Positions 10,657 through 23,289 of a DNA stretch of 64,000 nucleotides are shown here, in pieces; position 1 is the first letter of the stretch, and every line of letters starts with the position of its first letter. The notes beneath the pieces were generated by a model. That model did no database searches. It had not been told where the DNA came from and worked only from the letters and a program-made list of their open reading frames with translations. Location of the stretch: NCBI GenBank assembly GCA_965644315.1, contig CBFFRQ010000074.1, forward strand, positions 1-64,000, written 5' to 3'. The DNA is from Caecitellus pseudoparvulus (lineage: Eukaryota > Protista > Bigyra: Bicosoecida). The translations under genes were made by a program, and so were the position numbers.

Positions 10657-12258
10657 ATGGCGTTGCTCGCCAGATGCCGAGCCTGGCAGACTTGGAGTCT
10701 GAGGCCAGGTCCAGCAGCATGTGCCGGGCAGCTGTGCACTGCCGCCACCGCCGTGTCTGCATATGGCCTCGTGGGGCAAAGCTTCGAGTCGCTGGGTGTG
10801 CATGCAAGCTTGATCGGGCGCCTTGGGCGGACCGGCGTGCACCGCCCGTCCAAAACGCAAGCAGCTGTGCTTCCGGTTGTGGCAGAAGCGAATTCCGCAC
10901 CAGACACTGTCTTCCACGCACCTACTGGTGAGTGCTTCCCGCGCCACCTTCCGCACCACACTTGCCTCGTCCTGTTCTTTGCGTGTGCCCTCCTGCACTG
11001 TTTTCTTGCTTGCGCCCAACCGTGCACAGGCTCTGGGAAAACTCTCGCGTACCTGCTGCCCATGCTGAGCAGCATAGCGGCGCTGCCTGCCCGGCAGCGC
11101 ACCTTTACCAGCGGGATCATCATGGTGCCCACACGCGAGCTGGCGTTGCAGGTGGCGGGCATTGCCAGTGCACTGGGCATGCCCTCGGGCAAGCGCCAGA
11201 GGAGCCAGGTTTTCGCCCGCTTGGTGGGCAGCCACAAGCACCGTGCTGGGGGGGGGCGGCAGGCGCCCAGTCCGGACGCCTTGGAGGCTGCGCTGGAGGC
11301 CAGCGCCCGCGAGGGAGACTGGCATGTCGCCGTCGCGAAGGGCGTGCTGACTGCACACAAACTTGCCGCCCTGCAGCGGCGCCCCCCCCACGTCCTGGTG
11401 GGCACCCCTCGTGCCCTGGACGCCTGCGTGCCGGGGCTGGTGTCGGCTTCGCGCCTCAGGCACGTCGTCTTTGACGAGGTGGACAGTCTCCTGCTCCCCC
11501 ACAACAAGCCCTACGCAGAGTCCCTCATGCAAGTCGTCCGCAAGGCACGTCACCGGCGGGCGCGTGCACACGCCGAACCCACCCCGCTGCAAGCCCTGCT
11601 CTGCGGCGCCGTGCCCACCTCCACCACAACCGCATTCGCCGCCAGTCATTGCCGGGCAGGGTGGCGGTCTGTGGACGTGCTGGCTGGGGGACAGGTGGAC
11701 GCGGCGCCCGACACCCCGCCGCCCAGCAGCCTCGTCGGTCGCCTGCCCTCCCACCTGCACCACCGGGCCATCGTCACCTCCTCCTCCCTCGCTGCTGAGG
11801 TGCCTGCAGCCGTGGGCGCGGGGGGTGGGCCCACCCTGGTCTTCGTCCCCAGCGCTGGCGTGGGGGAGGAGGTGCAGGCGGCGCTCAGTGCCGCGGGCGT
11901 CAAGGCGGCCCTCTTCGGCGGTGCAGGCATGGCGCTGCAGCACAAGCGCCGGCTCATGCGGCGCCTGCGCGAAGGCCGTGTCGCGGCAGTGGTGGCGACA
12001 GACGCGCTGAGTCGGGGCCTGGACCTGCCCCGCCTGGCGCACGTGGTGAACGTTGGCGCACCGCCGGACGCGGCGACGTACCTGCACCGCGCCGGGCGTG
12101 TGGGGCGGCTGGAATCTGCGCGGCCCGGCTCGCCGCGCCCTGCCTCCACCACGGTTCCTGTGCGGCAAGGGCTCGTCACCTCCATCGTGGGGGGGCAGGA
12201 GGGGTGGACTGCTCTGCAGGGCCACGCCGCGCAGCTGGGCATTGAATTCACGCGTTGA
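10657..12258 (+). CDS. DEAD-box RNA helicase, probably mitochondrial (in-frame intron 10928-11029)
   Basis: Q motif (FESLG..PSKTQ), APTG|SGKT split by a GTGAGT..CACAG intron, PTRELA, GTP, DEVD, TDALSRGLD and YLHRAGRVGR. N-terminus MALLARCRAWQTWSLR is presequence-like. Confidence 0.9.
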   Translation: MALLARCRAWQTWSLRPGPAACAGQLCTAATAVSAYGLVGQSFESLGVHASLIGRLGRTGVHRPSKTQAAVLPVVAEANSAPDTVFHAPTGECFPRHLPHHTCLVLFFACALLHCFLACAQPCTGSGKTLAYLLPMLSSIAALPARQRTFTSGIIMVPTRELALQVAGIASALGMPSGKRQRSQVFARLVGSHKHRAGGGRQAPSPDALEAALEASAREGDWHVAVAKGVLTAHKLAALQRRPPHVLVGTPRALDACVPGLVSASRLRHVVFDEVDSLLLPHNKPYAESLMQVVRKARHRRARAHAEPTPLQALLCGAVPTSTTTAFAASHCRAGWRSVDVLAGGQVDAAPDTPPPSSLVGRLPSHLHHRAIVTSSSLAAEVPAAVGAGGGPTLVFVPSAGVGEEVQAALSAAGVKAALFGGAGMALQHKRRLMRRLREGRVAAVVATDALSRGLDLPRLAHVVNVGAPPDAATYLHRAGRVGRLESARPGSPRPASTTVPVRQGLVTSIVGGQEGWTALQGHAAQLGIEFTR

Positions 12259-13423
12259 GGCTGCCGTGGAAGCTGATGTCCCGCAGGAGGGGCTGGGACA
12301 GCTTGCTGCTGCTGCTGTCGCCTGCAGGCGCAGCCAGGTCGGGGGGGTGCGCACCCCCCCCCGCCTGCCCCTCTGACACCGGCGGCTGCTTGTGGCAGCA
12401 GGGCACCGCCTCCGCCTCCTCAGCCACCAGCGCTGCGTTGAAGCCCACCAGGACATTCTGCAGGGCGACGGAGTTGGCCAGGAGGATGGACGCCAGCACT
12501 CGGTAGGCGTGGTCGGCGCTGTTGCCCTGCACGATGGCCACCAACTGCCACACGGCGCCCGGCGTGAAGGTGCAGAGGATGGCCACCAGGAAGAACGGCA
12601 CACCCGCGCCGTGGAAGTCCCACGCCCACATGAGCTGCCCCGCACTCTCCGCCACACCCATCACCAGCGCCACGAACTGGGGCCCCGTCACGCCCCGCAC
12701 CAGCCCTGCCGCGTCCCAGAACAAGTACCCCACCGCAGGCGCCGCCACCAGCCCCACGACACGCCATGTGCCGCCTGGCTGGGTGGTGGGCCAGTGCGAC
12801 CGGTGGTCGGAGTCCGTGTACAGCCAGTGCATGAACACCACCGCAGCCAGCACCAGCAGCGCGTCGGTGCCCAGGAACAGCCCGAACTGCCAGCTGGCGT
12901 CCTCCAGCGTCGGCAGCAGCTCCTGCCCCGCCTCGTCGGGGCTCACGCCGTACAGCGCCATGAGCTGCCACAAGAAGTCCCGCAGCAAGTTCTGCAGCAC
13001 GGGCAGGTCGCCCAGTGCCCAGAACAGGCGGCGCAGCAGGGGCTGCTCCTCGGCAGGGCGCAGGCCAGGCTCGGGCGTCACGGCCATCTCGTACTGCACC
13101 GTGCGGTGCGCGTGGGAGGGCATGGCTGCCAGCTTCGCGACGATGAGGGCGATCTGGGCGATGTTCAGCAGCGCGCAGGCTGCCAGGCGCTGCGCAGCTT
13201 CGTCACTCTCCAGACTCAACGGGCCAGTGTCGTGCGGCGATGCTTCGTACCACTGCGCCACCGACGCCAGGCTCCAGAGGGCAACGAGGAGCACGACATC
13301 AGACAGAGTGAACAGCGCCAGCATGAAGCGCGACGTGGACCTCTTGCGCTCGTGGTGCTCGCTGTCATGCTCCGCATGCGGAGGGGGGCCAATTTCCGCA
13401 GCGCCCTGGGGCTGCGCCGCCAT
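12248..13423 (-). CDS. Multi-pass membrane protein of unknown function
   Basis: Single ~390-aa ORF with strong GC3 codon bias and several hydrophobic segments (FMLALFTLSDVVLLVALWSLA, FLGTDALLVLAAVVFMHW, VPFFLVAILCTF). Confidence 0.7.
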   Translation of the reverse strand: MAAQPQGAAEIGPPPHAEHDSEHHERKRSTSRFMLALFTLSDVVLLVALWSLASVAQWYEASPHDTGPLSLESDEAAQRLAACALLNIAQIALIVAKLAAMPSHAHRTVQYEMAVTPEPGLRPAEEQPLLRRLFWALGDLPVLQNLLRDFLWQLMALYGVSPDEAGQELLPTLEDASWQFGLFLGTDALLVLAAVVFMHWLYTDSDHRSHWPTTQPGGTWRVVGLVAAPAVGYLFWDAAGLVRGVTGPQFVALVMGVAESAGQLMWAWDFHGAGVPFFLVAILCTFTPGAVWQLVAIVQGNSADHAYRVLASILLANSVALQNVLVGFNAALVAEEAEAVPCCHKQPPVSEGQAGGGAHPPDLAAPAGDSSSSKLSQPLLRDISFHGSLNA

Positions 13424-13698
13424 CGTTGCTCCAACAGCACTTTCATAGGGAGGTGGAAACGACTGCGCGCATGGCGCGGGCCACACTGCACGTGGCGTGC
13501 AGAAGTGTCCCCGCACTGGAGATGCCCCTGCTTGGGGCCCCGTCGCTTGACTTGAAGGTGCAGTCTCGCCTGGCTTCTGCTGCCTCTGGCTTCACCGCGC
13601 TGCCCACACAGGGCGCCACACCCCCGCCCTGCGCACCCACATCGCAAGCGTAGTCTCGAACACGCACCTGTCACCACTACCTCGCTCCTCGTCACGGC

Positions 13699-14998
13699 AT
13701 GGCCAGGCTCGCCATCGTCGCCTCCTGCACGCCAGCCACTGGCAACCTGCACACCGCACTGCGCCTGCGCAGCCTCCTGCAGCGCCTCAAACACACCGTG
13801 CAGCTGCTGGACTGCCACTCCCCACACCTGCACCGCGAGCTACAGGCCTCTGATGCCGAGCTCTTCATCGCAGTGCACGCGCTCCGTTCCGGCCTACCCT
13901 GCCTGCGAGCTGGCGTGCGCTACCTGCTCCTGTGCGGAGGTGAGGCGACCCAGACTGCACCGCTGCCCCAGCGCCCTCACACCGCCCCCACCTGTCCCCT
14001 GTCTCGCAGGCACAGACGTGAACGTGCACGCGAGTGAGCCAGCGCGCCGCCAGCGCCTGTGCGCCGTGGTGGCTGGTGCGGTGCAGGTGCTGGTGTTCAC
14101 ACCCGCCATGGAGGCCCGCCTAGCCGCAGCACTGGCGCTTGCTGCCGGCGAGGAGGAGCATGCCGCCGCAGTGCCTGCGCCTATCGTGCTGCCCCAGGCG
14201 GTGGACGTGTCGGAGGCGGCGCCCCCCGACAGCCTGCCCTGCCTGCGCAGCCTGTGTGGCGTGCCAGCTGACATGCCCCTGGCACTGCTGCCCGCTGGCA
14301 TCCGCCCCGTCAAGGACGTGGGTTTCGCTGTGACGGCCTTCCAGGCAGCCAACGCCACTGCCCTGCGAGCTGCCTTGGTGGTGGTGGGCCCACACCTTGA
14401 CCCAGGCGAGCTGGCCCGCCTCGACAGCTACCTGCCTGGCCTGCAGAACGCAGCCACGGCGCTGCCTGGGCCAGGCGAGGCGCTGGCAGCGCAGGCGGAG
14501 GCAACCCCCCTGGCTTCCTGCAAGGGCGTCTTCCTCTTGCCCCCCGTGGACCGCCCCACTCTTCTTGGCTGGATGCAGCAGGCCACCGCCGTCCTGAACA
14601 GCAGTGTGGCGGAAGGCATGCCGAATGCTGTGTTGGAGGCCATGGCGCTGGGCACGCCAGTCGTTGCGCGGCGCAACGAGGGCACTGTGGCCCTGCTGCA
14701 GGCGCCGGCAGCAGACGCCGCGGAGGGGAGTGGCTGCTGCCGTGGGGTGCTGGTGGACGGGGGAGAGGCCATGGTGCAGGCGGTGCAGGACGCCGGTGCC
14801 GCGGGCGAGGCCGTGCAGGCCATGGTGCAGGCTGGCAAGGCAGCTGTGGAAGAGTGCTTCTCCGCCGCTGCGGAGCAGGCAGCATGGGCTGGCATTCTGG
14901 AGAGCGCCCTTTCCCCAACGCCAGCCGCCGCGGCAGGCGGGGCGGCGCAGCCGCCCGCTGCAGAGGACGACGCCGGTCAAAAATACACACCCCTGTGA
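13699..14998 (+). CDS. GLT1D1: GT-B glycosyltransferase (GT4 / Glycos_transf_1), GLT1D1-like; intron 13940-14009
   Basis: [18 protein letters not shown]|[12 protein letters not shown], and [20 protein letters not shown] (E-x7-E signature). Confidence 0.82.
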
Positions 14999-15110
14999 TT
15001 CACCACAGCATGATCCCCATGGGCGTTGCCGTTGCCACCCTAGCCCTCTGCTCGTGACCCACCGTGCCCCCGTTGGTGCGGACTTTGAGCAAAAACGCGC
15101 ACCTGCCACC

Positions 15111-16946
15111 ATGTCTCTTACTTTTGACGAGTACGGCCGGCCGTACATCATTGTGCGCGAACAGGGTGCCAAGTCACGTTTGAAGGGCCTGGAGGCGCAG
15201 AAGGTGCGTGCTGGGCTCCCCCTCCGGCCCTGCGCGCTGCTCCCAGCTGCTGCCGGTGGCATGCCGTTGCGAGGTACTGACATGCACTGGCGGCGCCCCC
15301 CGCTCCCTCACAGGCCAACATTTTGGCTGCCCGCACCGTCACGAACTTGCTGCGAACGTCTCTTGGTCCCAAAGGTGCGTCTCGCGGCGGCGGCGCGCCT
15401 GTGGCAGCGCTGCAGCCTGGCAGCGGGCTATGCTGGCGTTGCGCTGAGTGTGCCTGGCTTCACCACGCTGCCTCCTCCTCCTCCCCCGCCAGGCATGGAC
15501 AAGATGCTGGTGTCCCCAGACGGAGACGTGACTATCACAAACGACGGCGCGACCATCCTGCAGAAGATGCAGGTGGAGCACCAAATCGCCAAGCTCATCG
15601 TGGAGCTGTCCACTAGCCAGGACGACGAGATCGGCGATGGCACCACTGGCGTCGTGGTGCTGGCTGGGGCGCTGCTGGAGCAAGCAGAGCACCTGCTGGA
15701 CAAGGGCCTGCACCCTGTCCGCATTTCAGAGGGCTTCGAGCAGGCGTGCAGCATCGCTGTTGAGAAGCTGGGCAGCATCGCGCAGACGGTGGACTTCACG
15801 CCGGAGGACCTGGAGCCGCTGTACCTGACGGCCATGACCACCCTCAGCAGCAAGATCGTGAACAAGCACAAGCGCATGATGGCGGAGATCGCCGTGGACT
15901 CCGTCCTCGCCGTCGCCGACGTGGAGCGCAAGGACGTCAACTTCGACCTCATCAAGGTGGACGGCAAGGCGGGGGGGAAGATGGAGGACACCGCCCTCGT
16001 CCGCGGCATCGTCATCGACAAGGAGTTCAGCCACCCTCAGATGCCCAAGGACATCCGGGACGCCAAGCTCTGCGTGCTCACCTGCCCCTTCGAGCCGCCC
16101 AAGCCCAAGACCAAGCACCACCTGGACATCACCTCCCCCGAGGCGTACCTGGCCCTGCAGGAGGCGGAGGCCAAGTACTTCACAGACATGGTGGCCAAGG
16201 TCAAGGCCAGCGGCGCCAACGTCGTCATCTGCCAGTGGGGCTTCGACGACGAGGCCAACCACCTGCTGCTGCAGAACGGCCTGCCCGCCGTGCGGTGGGT
16301 GGGCGGCTCCGAGCTGGAGCTCATCGCCATCGCCACTGGCTCCCGCATCGTGCCGCGCTTTGAGGAGCTGAGCGCGGACAAGCTGGGCAGCGCCGGCAAG
16401 GTGCGGGAGGTGAGCTACGGCACCACCAAGGACAGCGTGCTGATGATTGAGGAGTGCGCCAACAGCCGCGCCGTGACGGTGTACGTGCGAGGTGGCAACC
16501 ACATGATCATCGATGAGACCAAGCGCTCCCTGCACGACGCCATGTGCGTCACCCGCAACCTCATCCGCGACAACCGCGTCGTGTACGGCGGCGGCGCGGC
16601 GGAGGTGGCCTGCTCCCTCGCCGTCGCGGCGGCCGCCGACACAGTGGGCGGCATGGAGCAGTACGCCCTGCGCGCCTTCGCCGATGCGCTGGACGACATC
16701 CCCATGGCGCTGGCAGAGAACTCGGGGCTGGGCCCCATCGAGAGCCTGAGCGAGGTCAAGGCCAAGCAGCAGGCAGAGAGCAACCCGTTCCTGGGCATTG
16801 ACTGCATGGGCGCGGGCACCCACGACATGCGGGAGCAGAACGTGTTCGAGACGCTCATCGGCAAGCAGCAGCAGATGCTGCTGGCGACACAGCTGGTCAA
16901 GATGATCCTCAAGATTGACGACATCATCAGCCCCGCTGACTTCTGA
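15111..16946 (+). CDS. CCT5: T-complex protein 1 subunit epsilon (introns 15204-15313, 15375-15492)
   Basis: [24 protein letters not shown]|[47 protein letters not shown]. Confidence 0.97.
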   Translation: MSLTFDEYGRPYIIVREQGAKSRLKGLEAQKVRAGLPLRPCALLPAAAGGMPLRGTDMHWRRPPLPHRPTFWLPAPSRTCCERLLVPKVRLAAAARLWQRCSLAAGYAGVALSVPGFTTLPPPPPPPGMDKMLVSPDGDVTITNDGATILQKMQVEHQIAKLIVELSTSQDDEIGDGTTGVVVLAGALLEQAEHLLDKGLHPVRISEGFEQACSIAVEKLGSIAQTVDFTPEDLEPLYLTAMTTLSSKIVNKHKRMMAEIAVDSVLAVADVERKDVNFDLIKVDGKAGGKMEDTALVRGIVIDKEFSHPQMPKDIRDAKLCVLTCPFEPPKPKTKHHLDITSPEAYLALQEAEAKYFTDMVAKVKASGANVVICQWGFDDEANHLLLQNGLPAVRWVGGSELELIAIATGSRIVPRFEELSADKLGSAGKVREVSYGTTKDSVLMIEECANSRAVTVYVRGGNHMIIDETKRSLHDAMCVTRNLIRDNRVVYGGGAAEVACSLAVAAAADTVGGMEQYALRAFADALDDIPMALAENSGLGPIESLSEVKAKQQAESNPFLGIDCMGAGTHDMREQNVFETLIGKQQQMLLATQLVKMILKIDDIISPADF

Positions 16947-17238
16947 GCCAGCTCCCCAATGCAAACTTCACACGCAGGGTGCAGGGGCGTCGCTGTTGAG
17001 GATGCATTGAGGCGCTTGCGAGCACGAGCCACAGAATCACAAAGCAAGCCAGCGGTGCCGGGAGGGGAGCGGCCCCCACACAGTGCTGCCCGGACCATCA
17101 CAGCACTGCCCCGCAGTGTGCTGCGCCCAAGCAACGCCAAGAGGACCCACTAAGCAGGTCTGCGCCGTGCAGGTGGGGAGCGCGGTGCGACGCTGCCGCG
17201 GCGAGGGACAGCGGCAGTCACACTCACATGCGACGCAA

Positions 17239-17924
17239 TTAGCCGGACTTGAAGAGCAGGATGGCGATCTGGCCCAAGTAGAAATAGATGAAGTGCTTCT
17301 GCTCGTGTGTGACGTAGGAGCCAAAGTTGCGCCCCACCACCACGTGCCAGGTGGGTGTGTACCTGCGCGAGGTCAGGCCAGCGAGGCGTGCGACGGCGCG
17401 GTGACAGAGTGCACACATCAAGGTGGTGGCAACAAGCTAGCAGTGGTCAGAGATGGCTCGCGCGCCGCTCCCTGCCTTCCGCGGAGGCTCCCACGGCGAT
17501 GCAAAGATGGGAAGGCAGCGCAGGCACGCGGGCGTTTCCGCCGCCTGCGCAACGACCTCAGGCTGTACGTTGGGCAGGCGCCGCAGCGCGCCGGCCCACA
17601 CGCCGGCCAAGCTGGCCAAGACAGGCATGCCAAGCAGACCAGGACGCGAGCAGGAGGCACGCTGTCCCCACTCACTTGCGGTCAAACTCCTTCTTGATGA
17701 AGGCGGCGACCTCCTTCTCCACGCTGAACTTCTCCAGTGCTGCCGCGGCACAGTCAATGGCGTCCTGCTGCATGTCCTCGGACATGTCAGCGTTCTTAAT
17801 CACAGCCTTGCGCTCTGTGCGGGGCGCCGGGAACCGTGGCGCACAGCTGGCGTGACATGCTGCCGACAGAGCTGCGCAGGCGCAGGCGTTGAGCGGCAAA
17901 ATCCGCACCTGTGGAAGCAGCCAT
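17239..17924 (-). CDS. DYNLL1: Dynein light chain LC8 (3 exons)
   Basis: MAAST|[30 protein letters not shown]|[40 protein letters not shown]. Confidence 0.96.
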
Positions 17925-18197
17925 GGCGGACACGTGCTGGTGGGTAGTGCGGGGATGAGGCTTCGATAGCAAGGCATGTGCTGACCACAATGTGCTGGGG
18001 GGCGAACGGCGTGGGCGGGAGTTTGACCTTGGTGGGCCACTGCTGTGCCTGACGTACGGCGCTCATCTGCGCAACGGCAGCGGCTTCTGCCAGCAAGCGA
18101 GCATGAGATGCACAAGCTGTCTCCATGTGTTTGAATTCCTCCACGGCGACTCCCAACTCCGACCACAGTTCCTGCACGCTAGCTATGCCCAGTCCGC

Positions 18198-18639
18198 TCA
18201 GATGGTGCTGGGGTACAGCATGATGCGCACCTGGCTCCCCAGAGTGGAGGGGGGCAGGTTGCTGCGGAACTTAGCGCGCACGACGCCAGAGGTGCCGTGT
18301 GTGCGGGTAATGCGGCCCCAGATGACGCGCAGGTTGGTCTGCTCGCCAGTGCGGGGGTTGCGCTTGGAGTTCTTGGCCTGGACAGGAGGGCAGCGAAGGT
18401 TGTCTGGTGCAGGGACCGCAGACTGGTGGACAGCGCAGGCACTACAATGAACTCACCTTGTAGATGTAGGCCACGCGCTTGCCCAGGTAGAAGCCGGCGT
18501 CCTTAGCGTCGCTCAGGTTCTGGACCTTGATCAGGCTGGTGTGGTGGTACTGGTTCACCTTGGAGCCCTTGTACCCCACCAGGGCACCCTTGACGTACAG
18601 GCGCACGGGCTGGCCGCCCTTGGACTTGCTCTCAGCCAT
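18198..18639 (-). CDS. RPL35A: 60S ribosomal protein L35a / eL33 (one intron)
   Basis: [28 protein letters not shown]|[36 protein letters not shown]. Confidence 0.96.
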
Positions 18640-19466
18640 GACTGATGTTGAGGGGGTTGAGACTACACAACGCCTGTGCACTCTGCGAAGGGGGGAGCGA
18701 GGCGCAGGCCAGTGCATGCAAGCACCCAGTGCGCTGCGATCAGGCACCTCGGCAAAGCACTCCAGCACGGCACAGACACGTGGGCACATGTACATGACGA
18801 ACAGAATGCTGCCCACCTCATGGGCAGACGGAGGGCGCCTCAAATGAAGCAGGAGCCAGCCTCTTCGAGCGAGAGGGAGGGCGCTGCGAATTCCGCAACT
18901 TGGGCCACGGCAGCTGCAGCAGGCAGCTATTGCCAGGGACACAGGTGCCGGGCCCAGGGGCAATCGTGTTCCACATGACACGTGCCTGGCTGATAGGCCC
19001 CCACTGAAGCGGACACGTGCCCAGGTCCCACCACTCCCTGCAGCTGCTATGCCCAAGACACAAGCTGACGCCTCCCTCTGCCCACAAAACAAGCTGCCGG
19101 CGTCACATCACAGCGAATTGGACTGCATGGCGTAACTTTATCACGTACCTAACAGAACACACGATTCAATATCTTGGAAAGTGCTCTGCGTGGCTGCAGA
19201 AGCTCAAGTGGACGGTCCGCGGTCTCATTATGTGTTCCGCGAATGATATGTAAATGAGTTGTGCATGCCCCCTGCCAGGTGCTCGGCACGCTTGCCGCGC
19301 ACCAGGACCCAAGCGCTGCGAGACGGCAAAACACATGATCAAAAATTCCATTTCAATGTGCTGCCAGTCGCCACCGCGCAGCACCCTCGTTCTCAGCTGC
19401 ACGCAATTGCTGCTGTGCTGCACGAGCGTTGCGGCGTTTCATTGTCTGCTCTCAACGGTCGCCACC

Positions 19467-22400
19467 ATGCACCTTGAGGAGCTCATCATCGATGGCTTCA
19501 AGGCGTACGCGCGGCGCACTGTCGTCACTGGCTTTGACAAGCAGTTCAATGCCATCACTGGTCTGAATGGCAGTGGCAAGTCGTCCATCGCAGATGCACT
19601 CATGTGGCTTCTAGGCGCGCGCCTGGATTTGCTGCGCGTGGCAAACCCCACTGAGCTCATCTACAAGAATGGCCAGGCCGGTATCACCAAGGCCACAGTC
19701 ACTGCAGTGTTCAACAACGAAGAGGAGGGTGCCTCCCCCGTCGGCTACGAGCAGTACGAGAAGGTCACCGTCACCCGCCAGGTGAGCGCCCGTTACGGTG
19801 CAGTTTCCGCAGCGCTGCTGCAGGCCAAGCACACGCGCCTCCTGTCCACACCCCCGCACAGGTCGTCGTGGGAGGCCGCACAAAGTACCTCATCAATGGC
19901 CACAACGCCACCACCACTCGGGTGCAGAACCTGTTCCACTCCGTGCAGTTGAACGCTGCCAACCCACACTTCTGCATCATGCAAGGGCGCATTACCAAGG
20001 TCTTGAACATGAAGCCCGCTGAGATCCTCGGCATGCTGGAGGAGGCTGCCGGTACCCGCATGTACGAGACCAAGAAGCAGGCCGCCTTGAAGACCATCGA
20101 GAAGAAGGCCAGCAAGGTTGCGGAGATCAACGCCATCCTGGCGGAAGACATCACGCCCACCCTGGAGAAGCTGCGCAAGGAGCAGACGGCGTACCTGCAG
20201 TGGGCTGCCAACAACACTGAGTGCGAGCGCCTGGCGCGCTTCTGCGTCGCGCACGACTTCGTCAAGGCGGAGGCGCTGGCGGGCAGCGGCGAGGAGGAGC
20301 TGGCGGCCATGGCGCAGCAGCTGACGGCAGAGCGCGACGCTGAGGCGGCTGCCACGGCAGAGGCTGGCATGAAGGAGGCAGAAATCACTGCCCTGCGCTC
20401 TCAGCGCGATGGCGCCCTGGCCGCTGACGCCCAGCGCGCCGCCACGCGCGAGGCCACCGCATCCAAGGCTGCCGTAGCCGCTGCCGCCGCCCACGAGACC
20501 AAGGCGGCCGCCGCCGCAGACGACGCAGCGGCACTGGCGTCTGCCACGGCTGCAGTGGCAGATGCTGAGGCGGCACTGGCAGCTGCCGAGGCTGACGTGG
20601 CGGCCAAGACTGCAGCAGCGGAGGCAGCGGGGCAGAGCGCTGAGGAGGCGGCCGCTACCGCCTCCAGCCTCCAGGAGGAGCTGGCTGCAGTGTCTGCGGG
20701 CTTCGCGCACGCCGGCGCCGGCATGGGGTCCACCGCCCAGGGCGCCCTCATGGAGGCCAAGCGGTCCCTGGCCGCGGCACAGGCCGACCGCACCGCCGCC
20801 ACCATGCGCCTGCAGCACACGGAGAGCGCGCTGGCTGAGGTCAAGGCAGCCATCGCCTCTGCCTCGGGCAAGCAGGCCTCCGTGCAGCGGGCCCTGGACA
20901 AGGCCTCCGCCACCCTCACCTCTGCCAGGCACGTGGCGCAGGATGCCACCGAGGCGGCGGCAGGCGTGCGCCTCCCAGAGCTCAAGGCGGCAGCGCGAGA
21001 GACGGCGCGGGCGGCCACCGCTGCCGCTGGCAAGGTGGACGCGGCAGAGGCGTCCCTCAGTGCCGCCCTCAAGTTCAGCTACGATGGCCGGCACATGCCA
21101 GCAGGCTTCCGCCCCGAGGCGGTCAAGGGCGTCGTGGCCAACCTCATCGAGGTGGCGGACCCGTCCGCCGCCACGGCCGTGGAGGTGGCTGCAGGTGGCA
21201 AGCTGTTCAACGTCGTCGTGGACGACCAGGCCACGGGGAAGGCCCTGCTCAAGCACGGCCGCCTGCAGCGCCGCGTCACCCTCATCCCCCTCGCCAGCGT
21301 CTCCTCCCGGGTGCCCAACGCTGCCGCCGTCAAGGCAGCGGCAGTCAAGACCAAGGGCGCCGCTGTGCCTGCCCTGAGCCTGGTGGGGTACCCAGAGGAG
21401 GTGGAGGCGGCCATGCAGTTCGTCCTGGGCCGCCACTTCATCGCTGACACGCCCGAGGCGGCACGCGCCGTGGCATACACGCCCAGCATCGCCTTCCCCG
21501 CCGTCACCAAGGCAGGCGACTCGTTCGACCCCAGCGGCACACTGGAGGGTGGTGCCAGTGCCGCCCCCGGCTCCTCCATCCTGCTGCGCCTGGCCAAGGT
21601 GGCCACCCTGAAGGCTGCCGCAGCAGAGGCGGCTGAAGCTGCTGCCGAGGCCAAGGCCGCCCTCGCGGCGGGCCAGGCAGCGCTGGATGCCGCCGCCGCC
21701 GCGAAGGCTGCTGTGGGGGCGGCTGAGCACGATTTGGAGCTGGTGCGTGCCAAGCTGGGCAGCAGCGAGTGGGGGCGCCTGACCGCCAAGCAGCTGACAC
21801 TGCAGGGCACGCTGCGTGAGCTGCAGGATGCGCTGGCCACCGCAGAGGACGCCGTGACGCAGCACTCGGACGAAATCGCACGGCTGCAGGGCAGCATGGC
21901 GGGGGGTGATGCGGCACGGGCCGGTGAGGAGGCACGCCTGGCGGCAGCCCTGGCAGAGGCGCGTGCCAGCGCCGATGCGGCCGCAGCCACTGCTCAGGAG
22001 GCCAGCTGCGAGGTGGAGACAGCCGAGGCGGACCTTGCCTCTGCCCGGACGGAGCTGGAGGCAGCCCAGGCGGCGCTGAAGGAGGCACAGACCGCCGCGG
22101 CGGCGTCAGCGGAGGCTGTGCAGGGCGCGGCAGTGGCACTGGAGGCTGCCAACGCAGAGGCCAGCCAGGCTGCCGAGTTGCTGGCTGAGAAGCAGGGCGT
22201 GCTGTCCCAGTCCGACGGCGAGCTGCGGGCGCTGTGTGAGGCGCGCGACGCCGCCGCCAAGGCTGCTGCCGCCGCGGCGCGCGCAGTGAAGAAGCTCAGC
22301 AGCACGCTGGCCAGCCACAAGTCTGCCGTCGCAGACGCCAAGCGCCGCGTGGCCCACCTGCTGTCTGCGCATGCCTGGATCGCCCAGGACAAGGCGTACT

Positions 22401-23224
22401 TCGGCAAGCCCGGCTCAGACTTTGACTTCGAGGCGGTGGAGCCGGAGGCGGCAGCGAGCCGCCTGGCAGTGCTGGAGGCAGCGCAGGAGTCCCTGGGCGC
22501 CGGCCTGAACAAGAAGGTGCTGGGCATGATGGAGAGCGCGGAGCGGGAGTACGCCGCCCTCATGGACAAGAAGCGCATCGTGGAGAACGACAAGGCCAAG
22601 ATCCAGCGCGTCATCTGCGAGCTGGACGAGAAGAAGGCCGAGGCACTGGCCAAGACCTGGGCGCAGGTCAACACGGACTTCGGCTCCATCTTCAGCACGC
22701 TGCTGCCGGGCGTCAGCGCACAGCTGGCCCCCCCAGAGGGCGCCGACCTGGCTGATGGCCTGGAGGTGCGTGTCGCCTTCGGCAGTGTGTGGAAGGAGTC
22801 CCTCACGGAGCTGTCGGGGGGGCAGCGCTCCCTCCTCGCGCTCTCCCTCATCCTGGCCCTCCTGCGCTTCAAGCCGGCGCCCCTGTACATCCTGGACGAA
22901 GTGGACGCCGCGCTGGACCTGTCCCACACCCAGAACATCGGGCACATGCTGCGCTCCCACTTCAAGGGCTCTCAGTTCCTCGTCGTCTCCCTCAAGCAGG
23001 GCATGTTCTCCAACGCCAATGTCATCTTCCGCACCAAGTTCGTGGACGGCTCCTCCGCCGTCACGCGCACAGTGCCGGCCGGTGCCAGCTCCCACTCTGC
23101 TGCTGCTGGTGGTGCCGCCGCCGTGGCGCCCCCTGCCGGGGACGAGAACATTGGCGCTGGCGCAGCTGCCGGCTCCAAGCGGGCAGGTGCCCGGGGCCGC
23201 TCCAGCCGGGCTGTCCTGGCGTGA
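19467..23224 (+). CDS. SMC2: Condensin subunit SMC2 (intron 19782-19861)
   Basis: IIDGFKAY, FNAITGLNGSGKS, FCIMQGRITKVLNMKP, hinge AAGGKLFNVVVD..RRVTLIPL, WKESLTELSGGQRSL, YILDEVDAALDLSHTQNIG. Confidence 0.96.
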
Positions 23225-23289
23225 GCTGCAGGTATGCATTTGCTGTGTGTGCCTGCGTGCAATGCAAGCGTCGCTGTGTGTGGGCGGTG

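Noticed and set aside
18640-19466. Possible small gene or ncRNA in the less GC-rich RPL35A-SMC2 spacer
   Set aside because: No convincing ORF, splice model or RNA motif found. Most simply a divergent promoter region.
20270-22340. Extremely Ala-rich SMC2 coiled-coil arms as a novel feature
   Set aside because: Ala enrichment affects most proteins here and fits GC-driven composition bias. Head and hinge motifs are normal.
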